DNA of 32,000 nucleotides from an archaeon (GTDB lineage Archaea; Asgardarchaeota; Thorarchaeia; Thorarchaeales; Thorarchaeaceae): NCBI GenBank assembly GCA_024275415.1, contig JAJRZD010000085.1, positions 1 to 32,000 of the forward strand, read 5' to 3'. Shown piece by piece: positions 24,549 to 32,000 of this stretch (position 1 is its first letter; each line of letters starts with the position of its first letter). The notes under the pieces were generated by a model. It saw only the letters and a program-made list of their open reading frames with translations, ran no database searches and was not told where the DNA came from. The position numbers and the translations under genes were made by a program.

Positions 24549-26600
24549 CTATGATAGCTCCTGAAAGTACACTCGTAGCATCTCTGCGACATTTCTTGCC
24601 CGTGAAACGACCCCTCTGTCACGGTGGGGCTTGGAGCCATCAAACATATCAGATATCGTGCCCAAGCAGCCACTTCGGATTGTGTTCAGGACTGGGCGGA
24701 AGAACTTCTTCTCTACATACGTCTTGTTCTCAGGGGTTCTGCCATGTACTGTCAGATAGGCAGATATGAACGGACCTATAAGCCAAGGATGTACAGTTCC
24801 TTGGTGTGTTGCACCTGCTCGACTCTTGGGACCACCCGTCAGAGCACGAGCGTAGCGTTTGTCCTTGGGCGAAAGGGTTCGAAGTCCGTAAGGTGTTAGC
24901 AGCTCATCTTGAACGACTTTTAGTACGGCTCGTTCCATCTCAGGTTCTAGTATCCGATACGGCAGACTTACCGCGAAGATCTGGTTTGGTCTGAGTGAGT
25001 CGTCTTTCTCGTCGTCGTTGATGACGTCATATAGATAACCAGCCTCCTCATTCCAGAATGACTGAGTGAATGCCTCCCGGATCCATGATGCTACAGCTCG
25101 GTACTCGTAGGGGTCTCTGCTCATCATTTGGGCCATGTCGCCCATTGCCATAAGGGCATTGTACCAGAGAGCGTTCACCTCGACGCATTTTCCAATCCTC
25201 GGTGTCGCGCACCAATTACCTACTCGTTCGTTCATCCATGAAACTTCGACACCCTCGATACCCGAGAATATCAATCCATCATGATCTTCATGGATGTTGA
25301 ACTTGGTTCCGATACGAAATGCAGTGATGATTGATTCCATGGCTTCCCAAATGATGCCTCTCAGGAACTCCGTGTCATTGGTGACATCGATGTATTTCTT
25401 GACCGCCATGATGAACCATAATGAGGCATCAACCGAGTCGTACTCGGGCTGGATGCCCCTGTCTGGGAAGTCGTTAGCTATCAGTCCATAGCGCGAGTAC
25501 CTAGCGTAGGTCGTAAGTATCTCACGGGCATCTTGGAACCTCCCTATCGCCACAGTCAGCCCGGGATGTGCGATCATAGCATCTAATCCGATATCCACCA
25601 GCTCGTGGAATCCTGCTATGATTGACTTCCGTTTCGTTGAAGCACGGTCAACGATGAACGTGTCTGCATTGTATACGAGCCATTCTATGTCCTCATCCCT
25701 AGCACGGTTCGTAAGGGCATAAGCCCGGTCGTTCAGGATCTTGCGTCTGCGAAGTTCGTCAAATCGCATCTGAGCAAAATCTTTCCGCTGGGCTTTTACA
25801 AGTGATCCTAGGTCATGCATGAGAGTCTTGCGAGTTTGCCCCACGGCAAAGAGGAAACTCAAGAAATGCTCTCCTGGTTTAAGGATAGTATGGAATACCC
25901 CTGGGATGTACAGTTCCTCTTGGTATGGCAGTCCTTTCGCCTTATCTTTCCTGTATACCTGAGGTTCCGAAACCTTCAGTTGGGTCTGCATGAACTCGGC
26001 ATCAGGTGTATAGGCGTACATCCATGGGCTATTATCCCGGTCATCATATGCAAAGTACGAGTGCTCGTCGATGGTTTCTATCTCGGGCGTGAAATCCAGC
26101 TTGGGAGGTAACCTTGTGATTGGGCGGCAGGTTTGAAACGGTGTCACAGTAAGGACGGTTTCTTCAGTGTTCTTGAACTCGTAATTGACGATGGTGATGT
26201 TCCTTCTGTGTGCCATGAATATAGTCTTGTGCATCGTGATGCAGTCAGTGGAATAGGTCATTTGAGGCAATGGATTCAGAACGAACCTCTTGATATTGCG
26301 ATATCCTCTTTGTGAAACCCCCGCCGCAGTATGTTCTGTGCCCAAATTGCACGGCTCATCTCCTGTTGCAACTACTTCGTCTAGGCGAGATAATGTGAGC
26401 CACCTATCCACAGGTGGATTTAGAGATGAAACTAGGAGCCCGTGATGGCTTCTGGTATTCATCCCAACTATTGTGGATGAGGCATAACCGCCAAGCCCAT
26501 TTGCAAAGAGGTATTCAAATGTGACCGCGCGATTGAGTCTCAGGTCTGCATCTTTAAGCACTATCACTTTGGGGGTTTCACAACCTTGACTTGCAACCAA
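24549..26600 (-). CDS. Glycogen debranching enzyme (amylo-alpha-1,6-glucosidase, archaeal type) homologue with altered active-site motifs
   Basis: EYLFANGLGGYASST, NTRSHHGLL, DASLWF, TPRIGKCVEVNALWYNAL, LRPNQIFA, LLTPYGLRTLSP, HQGTVHPWLIGPF. Start codon uncertain (26600 TTG or 26567 GTG). Confidence 0.85.
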   Translation of the reverse strand: MVASQGCETPKVIVLKDADLRLNRAVTFEYLFANGLGGYASSTIVGMNTRSHHGLLVSSLNPPVDRWLTLSRLDEVVATGDEPCNLGTEHTAAGVSQRGYRNIKRFVLNPLPQMTYSTDCITMHKTIFMAHRRNITIVNYEFKNTEETVLTVTPFQTCRPITRLPPKLDFTPEIETIDEHSYFAYDDRDNSPWMYAYTPDAEFMQTQLKVSEPQVYRKDKAKGLPYQEELYIPGVFHTILKPGEHFLSFLFAVGQTRKTLMHDLGSLVKAQRKDFAQMRFDELRRRKILNDRAYALTNRARDEDIEWLVYNADTFIVDRASTKRKSIIAGFHELVDIGLDAMIAHPGLTVAIGRFQDAREILTTYARYSRYGLIANDFPDRGIQPEYDSVDASLWFIMAVKKYIDVTNDTEFLRGIIWEAMESIITAFRIGTKFNIHEDHDGLIFSGIEGVEVSWMNERVGNWCATPRIGKCVEVNALWYNALMAMGDMAQMMSRDPYEYRAVASWIREAFTQSFWNEEAGYLYDVINDDEKDDSLRPNQIFAVSLPYRILEPEMERAVLKVVQDELLTPYGLRTLSPKDKRYARALTGGPKSRAGATHQGTVHPWLIGPFISAYLTVHGRTPENKTYVEKKFFRPVLNTIRSGCLGTISDMFDGSKPHRDRGVVSRARNVAEMLRVYFQELS

Positions 26601-26608
26601 TCACATTT

Positions 26609-26630
26609 CCACACTTTAAGCATTGTGTGG
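26609..26630. promoter_or_regulatory. TATA-like element inside a 6-bp inverted repeat in the divergent GDE/MFS gap
   Basis: CCACAC-TTTAAGCATT-GTGTGG. Confidence 0.35.
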
Positions 26631-26709
26631 TGCTTGCCCGGTGGCACAGATAGTCATGGTATTAAGGGATTCGGGTTCGAAATCAATGTAACAGAACGAG
26701 GTGTACAGT

Positions 26710-27969
26710 ATGACGACTCCAGACCGTGCAGTAGAGCCGTTCGTTAGTAGAAGAGGGGGTCTCACTGGGGCCTTGTGGAGGCTTGCGTTGGTCATAGGTG
26801 TCGCACAATTCTCGATGAGTGTCTGGACATGGCAATTTGGTATCTTAATTGAAACCATTGTCGAGCCATGGCAGATGGGATTGACCTTCACTGCTGGCTC
26901 GTTGGCAAACCTTCTGGGAATCCCTCTTTCGGGGTACATTTCGGACTTCATCGGTAGGAGGAAGACACTGATGATAGCATACCTCCCGATGGCTGTTGGT
27001 CTGTTCAGTATGTTCTCGTTCCCGGTCTGGCCGCTATTTCCATTCTTCTATGCTCTCATTCAGTTCGGTTGGGCATTTGTGCTTATGATGGCAAGGGCCG
27101 CTCCGGCTGACCAAGTATCACAGGATGGCGGGAAGAATTCAGGGAGGACATTCACTATGATACTTCTTCCAGCCTTTGCAATGGACGGACTTAGTCCCTT
27201 GTTGGCATCCTTCCTTCTGCTTTCAGGTCTACCTCAACAGGGCCTACTCGTGTTAGGTGGGACTGGCACTCTATTCGCATTTATCGCCAGTGCGATTTTT
27301 GTGAGGGAAACACTGAGCAGTTCGATCCAAAAGAAGGCACGTTCGGGCCCAGTTATCACGCTGCGAGGACTGGGGAGCGATTTTTGGGTTCTTGCCGGTG
27401 GACTGGTGGGCATCTACATGACCTTTGGGTTGACCTTTCCGTACCTAGGCAACCTTGTGGTGGAAGAGTGGCATGTGAGTACCTCGACATGGGGAATCAT
27501 ATGGAGTATGTCTTCATTGACCATAGCGACACTCTCCTTCTTTGGAGGTAAGATTGCTGATAGGAACCTGAAGATTTCGTTGCTGTTCGCGGTTCCTTTC
27601 ACGGCTCTTATCATTCTGGGACATGCATTACTTGAGGGGGTTTTTGTCCTTCTCTTCATCAACCTTCTTTGGGGCTTCGGGATAGTCATATGGATTGCTG
27701 CAGAGCGGTCACTCATTGTCCAAGGGGTGAGTGAGGAGAAACAGGGACGCGCTCTTAGCACATTTCAGGCTGTGATGAGCACGTTTCAGATTATGATGAT
27801 GAATGTAGGTGCATATATCTGGACAGTTTCAGGCAACCTTCGGGTGCTCTTTTTCATCGCAGGAGTCATCGCGTTAGTATCATTCATTCCCCTTGCAATT
27901 GCACTACGGCATATTTCGTTGAGGGAACGAGAACAGTCACTGGCGACATCTCAGGATTTATGGGAATGA
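26710..27969 (+). CDS. Major facilitator superfamily transporter
   Basis: About 12 TM segments, motif A GYISDFIGRRKTL, second-half GKIADRN and EEKQGRA. Start moved to the ATG at 26710 (GAGGTG SD). Confidence 0.9.
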   Translation: MTTPDRAVEPFVSRRGGLTGALWRLALVIGVAQFSMSVWTWQFGILIETIVEPWQMGLTFTAGSLANLLGIPLSGYISDFIGRRKTLMIAYLPMAVGLFSMFSFPVWPLFPFFYALIQFGWAFVLMMARAAPADQVSQDGGKNSGRTFTMILLPAFAMDGLSPLLASFLLLSGLPQQGLLVLGGTGTLFAFIASAIFVRETLSSSIQKKARSGPVITLRGLGSDFWVLAGGLVGIYMTFGLTFPYLGNLVVEEWHVSTSTWGIIWSMSSLTIATLSFFGGKIADRNLKISLLFAVPFTALIILGHALLEGVFVLLFINLLWGFGIVIWIAAERSLIVQGVSEEKQGRALSTFQAVMSTFQIMMMNVGAYIWTVSGNLRVLFFIAGVIALVSFIPLAIALRHISLREREQSLATSQDLWE

Positions 27970-28664
27970 GCAAGCACCTCTTTCACATCCCTCATGTCCG
28001 CCTTATCACCTAGCAAGTGTCCGCTCTTGCGTGCCTTGGTTTCTAGATATGTACGATTGTATTCGGTAGTAGGTATTATCAGAGGAACACGTTCTTTAAT
28101 CACTACCCCATGGTTTGAAAGCTGCCAAAGTTTGTCTGGATTGTTTGTCAACAGTCTAATCGATTTAATATGCAGGGAACGAAGGATGTGAGCTGCAACC
28201 CCATAGTCACGCTCATCAGGTTCCCATCCCAGTAACAGGTTCGCCTCAACAGTGTCATAGCCTTGATCCTGAAGGGCATATGCACGGATTTTTTCAGTGA
28301 GCCCAATATTCCTTCCTTCTTGTCTGAGATACAGAAGTACTCCCTCGCCCTCTTTTTGGATCAGCTTTAATGATTCGAGAAGCTGATCCCTACAATCACA
28401 ACGCTTGCTTCCCATGACATCGCCAGTCAGGCATTCTGAATGGATTCGGGTAAGCACGTTTTCTTTTTCTACTATATCTCCCTTGACAATCGCAGTGTGC
28501 TCTTTTCCGTCACAGGGGCTCACAAAGGCACAGATTTGGAATTCCCCGAACTGGCTGGGCAAGTCTGCAATGCCTACTAATTGAACACAGCAGTCATAGG
28601 GGTCGCATTGGTGATCCTTGCTTGCTTCAATGAGTTCTTTAATTTTGGAAAGAGCGAGTTTCAT
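27951..28664 (-). CDS. ribA: GTP cyclohydrolase II (stand-alone)
   Basis: RIHSECLTGDVMGSKRCDC (three Zn-binding Cys), YLRQEGRNIGL, KIRAYALQDQGYDTVEAN, DERDY, LLTNNPDK. Confidence 0.95.
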   Translation of the reverse strand: MKLALSKIKELIEASKDHQCDPYDCCVQLVGIADLPSQFGEFQICAFVSPCDGKEHTAIVKGDIVEKENVLTRIHSECLTGDVMGSKRCDCRDQLLESLKLIQKEGEGVLLYLRQEGRNIGLTEKIRAYALQDQGYDTVEANLLLGWEPDERDYGVAAHILRSLHIKSIRLLTNNPDKLWQLSNHGVVIKERVPLIIPTTEYNRTYLETKARKSGHLLGDKADMRDVKEVLAHSHKS

Positions 28665-28807
28665 CTTAGGCCTCCATCCAAGCCGCTACACTTGGGAGAA
28701 TGATATAAGTTTGGATACGTGATTTTTCCAAACGTTTAAGTAAGATGGTTAGACGGCAACTTAATCAAGCATCCATTTGACATTTGCATAGAAGGCGCTT
28801 TGTAGAA

Positions 28808-30610
28808 ATGTTATCGAAAAAGTTAACCGAGCAAAGGATCAAACTCTACATTCTGGCTGCTTTGGTAGGTGTCGTATCCGGGTTCACAGCAGTGGGATTC
28901 AGACTGCTAATTTACGCGATAAGCATACTATTCACTGCTATCCCTAATGTGATCGGTATCTGGGGTTGGGTAATCATCCCTTCAATAGGTGGCATTTTTG
29001 TCGCATTCATAGTCACACGATATGCCCCAGAGGCGAAAGGACATGGCGTCCCTGAGATAATGTATGCATACCAATTGCAGAGAGGGCATATCCGAGCCAG
29101 AATCCCCCTTCTGAAAAGCCTTGCATCTGCGATAAACATCGGTTCTGGAGGCTCATGCGGTAGAGAGGGGCCCATTGCTCAGATAGGTGGTGGTGCGGGT
29201 TCTGCCATTGCAAGCTATCTCAAGCTGAATGCACGCATGACCAAGACCCTTGTGGTGTGTGGTGTCAGTTCAGGGATTGCTGCAACATTCAATGCTCCGC
29301 TAGGAGGAACACTCTTTGGTATTGAGGTCATTGCAGGAGGAATTGCTGGATTTTCCATCATACCCGTCATCTTAGCATCAGTCATTGCAACAGCTATTGC
29401 TGGATCCATTCTTGGATCGAGCCTGTCATTTGACGCTCCCCAATTTATGATGGGCAATTACTTCGAACTCTTCTTCTATCTCATATTGGGGCTTGCATTC
29501 GGCTTGATCAGTGTAGTATGGAGTCGCGGATTCTATAAAGTAGAAGATATCCTTGAACGAGTGAAGATATCACCCTATGTACTGATCGTGATAGGGGGTT
29601 TAATGGTAGGAACGTTGGGTGTTCTCTCACTCTTTATCAGTGAGCAGACGGGCTCCTATGGAGTATATAATCATAATGAGATATTTTTCCCACCAACAAT
29701 GGCAGTCGGGTATCCGATCATAAATGCAACATTCATGGGACTTCTTGTCCTTGGAGCCTTGCTGGCCTTTGGGATTTTGAAGGCACTGGCCACCTCGATC
29801 ACATTGGGAGCAGGTGGTTCTGGGGGCGTATTTGCACCAACCCTCTATATTGGAGCAACTCTAGGAGGTGCTTTTGGTATTGGCTTCTCCCTTCTCTTTC
29901 CTGATATCATCACACAACCAATGGCATTTGCACTGGTTGGAATGGCAGCTCTTTTTGCAGGAGCGGGTAGGGCTCCCATAACATGTATCATCATGACGAT
30001 GGAGATGACAGGTGACTACAACATGATTCTACCTCTTATGATTGCGGTGTCAACATCATATATAGTGTCGATGAGCATCGAAGAGGAGAGCATCTATAGC
30101 TTCAAACTTGCACGTCGCGGGATAAACATCAGTCAGAGTAGGTATATCAGTGCCCTGAAAGAAATCTCCGTGAAAGAGGTCATGACGACCAAGCCGACCA
30201 TCCTGAAACCAGAGATGACCGTGGACGAGGTTCTAGCAGTCGTTGATGCAACTCAACATACGAAATTCCCTGTTGTGGATGATGATGGACGAATCGTCGG
30301 AATCCTTCTCACAGAAGTGCTGTTTCATCCTGACGAGCAGGAAAAGGAAAAGAAGACAGTCAAGGATTTGATGTCCACGGATTTCCTGCACCTCAACCCA
30401 AATTGCCCGATGGACAGCGTTGTCACCTCGATGCTTGACCGATTGGAAGGACATGCGGTCATTGTAGACCCCGCGGATCCGAACACAATGATAGGGTTCA
30501 TAACAAAGGCTGATGTATTGAAAGCATACAAGGCTGCGGTCATCATGCTTCAGGAGGAAGGAGAGCTCTCTGGGGGATTCTCTCCTCCAGCCCTCGTAGA
30601 CATCGAATAG
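28808..30610 (+). CDS. ClC chloride channel/antiporter family protein with two CBS domains
   Basis: GHGVPE, GREGP, FNAPLGG, GGVFAP, ESIY, then CBS repeats (VKEVMT...FPVVDDDGRIVGIL; VKDLMS...GFITKADVL). Probable start is the ATG at 28808. Confidence 0.92.
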   Translation: MLSKKLTEQRIKLYILAALVGVVSGFTAVGFRLLIYAISILFTAIPNVIGIWGWVIIPSIGGIFVAFIVTRYAPEAKGHGVPEIMYAYQLQRGHIRARIPLLKSLASAINIGSGGSCGREGPIAQIGGGAGSAIASYLKLNARMTKTLVVCGVSSGIAATFNAPLGGTLFGIEVIAGGIAGFSIIPVILASVIATAIAGSILGSSLSFDAPQFMMGNYFELFFYLILGLAFGLISVVWSRGFYKVEDILERVKISPYVLIVIGGLMVGTLGVLSLFISEQTGSYGVYNHNEIFFPPTMAVGYPIINATFMGLLVLGALLAFGILKALATSITLGAGGSGGVFAPTLYIGATLGGAFGIGFSLLFPDIITQPMAFALVGMAALFAGAGRAPITCIIMTMEMTGDYNMILPLMIAVSTSYIVSMSIEEESIYSFKLARRGINISQSRYISALKEISVKEVMTTKPTILKPEMTVDEVLAVVDATQHTKFPVVDDDGRIVGILLTEVLFHPDEQEKEKKTVKDLMSTDFLHLNPNCPMDSVVTSMLDRLEGHAVIVDPADPNTMIGFITKADVLKAYKAAVIMLQEEGELSGGFSPPALVDIE

Positions 30611-30690
30611 GTTTTTCCATCTCGGACGAGTCCTCCGTCATCCCTATAAAGAGCTAGCAATGATGTCAGAACCACTAGCTTGAGGAATAA

Positions 30691-31761
30691 ATGATGGTAC
30701 TCAACATAGAGGAGATTCTTACCGCATCAAAGGATTGGTTGAAGGCGAATACGAAGAGGTATGCTTTCAAGAAGCTGGAACGAGAGATTATCAAGACAGG
30801 AGTTTGCGTGGAGTGCGGGACTTGTGTGTCTAATTGCCCTGTCACCGTGATTACCGCCACTAGGACAGATGGCAAATATGTGCCCGAGCTCACAGGGAAG
30901 TGCATCTCCTGTGGCATCTGCTATGCAATGTGCCCTAGGACACTGACATTGCCTGAGCATCTTATTGGAGAGTACATCTCAATCTACAAAGCGCAGTCTA
31001 AACTTGAAGGTGGGAAAAGGCAAGACGGTGGAGTCGCCACTGCTCTGGTGAGCGCACAACTGAAGGCAGGGGAACTGGACGCTGCGGTTGTGGCAAAGCA
31101 AGGCGAGGTGTCTTGGCTTCCCGTTTTTTCGATTGCCACAAGTCCGGATGGGGTTCTTGACAGTGGAGGAACCTTCTACACACATTCACCAGTAGTGGAA
31201 GGGATGATGCAAGCGTTCGAGGAGGGTCATTCCAAGTTGGCTGTTGTTGGAACGGCTTGCAACATTGATGGTATCACCAGACTACAGGGACATCCTGCGG
31301 GATTCTTGAACCTGTCAAAGGATGCTTCAATCCTGAAAATTGGGTTGTTCTGCATGGAGTCCTTCGATTATGCAGGTCTCAAAGAGTTTCTTGAGCAGAA
31401 TGGCATCAAGATTGATGATGTCCAGCGGATGGCGATTGCAGGAGGCAAGTTCACCGTGACCTCAAGTTCAGGCGAAACAGAATGGCCCATCGCTGACCTG
31501 AATCATATCGCTGCACGATCCTGTTCCTACTGTCATGACTTGACATGCAAGAACTCCGATATCTCATGCGGGAATATCGGGTCTGAGGAAAGATGGACTA
31601 CTGTGATCGTGAGAACCGAGCTTGGCAAGAAAGCTTTCGAACTCGCTGCGTCTCAAGGGATTATCGAATACGAGGAATTGGACAACAAGGCAATCCAATC
31701 TGTCCTCAATGTTTCACGGATGAAGGCGACTCGATATTATAAGATGGAACCTGCACACTAG
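30691..31761 (+). CDS. Coenzyme F420 hydrogenase/dehydrogenase beta subunit (FrhB/FdhB family) with N-terminal 2x[4Fe-4S] ferredoxin
   Basis: CVECGTCVSNCP and CISCGICYAMCP, QDGGVATAL, AVVGTACNI, IGLFCMESF, CSYCHD...SDISCG. Confidence 0.9.
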   Translation: MMVLNIEEILTASKDWLKANTKRYAFKKLEREIIKTGVCVECGTCVSNCPVTVITATRTDGKYVPELTGKCISCGICYAMCPRTLTLPEHLIGEYISIYKAQSKLEGGKRQDGGVATALVSAQLKAGELDAAVVAKQGEVSWLPVFSIATSPDGVLDSGGTFYTHSPVVEGMMQAFEEGHSKLAVVGTACNIDGITRLQGHPAGFLNLSKDASILKIGLFCMESFDYAGLKEFLEQNGIKIDDVQRMAIAGGKFTVTSSSGETEWPIADLNHIAARSCSYCHDLTCKNSDISCGNIGSEERWTTVIVRTELGKKAFELAASQGIIEYEELDNKAIQSVLNVSRMKATRYYKMEPAH

Positions 31762-31781
31762 TTCGTAGGTCTGGGTCTGCT

Positions 31782-32000
31782 ATGAACATCTTGTTGACCG
31801 GAAAACCTGGGATTGGTAAAAGCACAGCGATTCAGAGGATTATTGACCTGTTGGGAAAGAACAAAGCGGGAGGCTTTTGGACGCGGGAGATCCGTGACAA
31901 GGGACGACGAGTGGGCTTCTTGATTCAGACACTCAACGGGCTGTCAGAGGTCTTGGCACATGTGGAACTGGATACAGGACCTAGAGTGGGAAAATACACA
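31782..32000 (+). CDS. NTPase_1 (THEP1/HCR-NTPase) family protein, truncated by the window end
   Basis: My translation: MNILLTGKPGIGKSTAIQRIIDLLGKNKAGGFWTREIRDKGRRVGF...RVGKYT. Walker A plus the family motif GGFxTxEIRxxGxRxGF. Confidence 0.85.
   Translation, partial: MNILLTGKPGIGKSTAIQRIIDLLGKNKAGGFWTREIRDKGRRVGFLIQTLNGLSEVLAHVELDTGPRVGKYT

Noticed and set aside
24548-24673. Extended N-terminus of the MBL hydrolase ORF
   Set aside because: Overlaps the debranching-enzyme gene by 125 nt. A TTG with SD at 24547 gives a normal domain start. Similar over-extensions were trimmed at 3398, 7050, 8525, 11110, 26701 and 28784.
28665-28807. FMN riboswitch upstream of ribA
   Set aside because: The 143-nt gap is shared with the divergent ClC promoter and I could not find the conserved FMN aptamer sequences.
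211-31189. Many short ORFs in the supplied track that lie antisense or out of frame to long genes (e.g. 1384..1791, 2782..3123, 6485..7069, 15632..16069, 27414..27761)
   Set aside because: Fully nested in well-supported genes, with no motifs and no SD; typical shadow ORFs.
1-32000. Mobile elements, tRNA/rRNA genes, CRISPR arrays, att-like direct repeats
   Set aside because: No transposase/integrase motifs, cloverleaf structures, regularly spaced repeats or flanking direct repeats longer than chance were seen by eye.

Overview
Gene-dense archaeal window, probably Asgard and most like Thorarchaeia. This is an inference from the roadblock/small-GTPase cluster, FrhB-family protein, large FtsX-type permeases, a heavily N-glycosylatable surface protein, TATA-like promoters and GGAGG/GAGGTGA Shine-Dalgarno (SD) sites. 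Left to right: ABC-2 exporter pair, tandem PRC-barrel protein and GNAT. Next is a minus-strand signalling cluster: V4R-like protein, an unannotated 40-aa Cys/His microprotein, three roadblock/LC7 proteins around an MglA/CvnD-type GTPase, and a C4HC3 PHD/RING-like plus Zn-ribbon protein. This cluster sits next to a GbsR/MarR-like regulator and a divergent REC-PAS3-histidine kinase. Then come a secreted protein with a leukocidin/hemolysin-like amphipathic beta-hairpin, a MacB/FtsX-type ABC system, a histidine-phosphatase fold lacking its catalytic residues and a 1202-aa membrane-anchored surface glycoprotein. The right end holds an MBL hydrolase, a glycogen-debranching-enzyme homologue with substituted active-site motifs, MFS, ribA, ClC-CBS, FrhB-family protein and a truncated NTPase. 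I saw no rRNA, tRNA, CRISPR array, transposase or integrase. The two strongest candidates for an undescribed system are the conservon/Ragulator-like G-protein cluster (about 4.2-10.7 kb) and the putative beta-pore-forming toxin plus type VII ABC cassette (about 11.2-18.7 kb). All family calls come from motif recognition by eye; no database searches were run.
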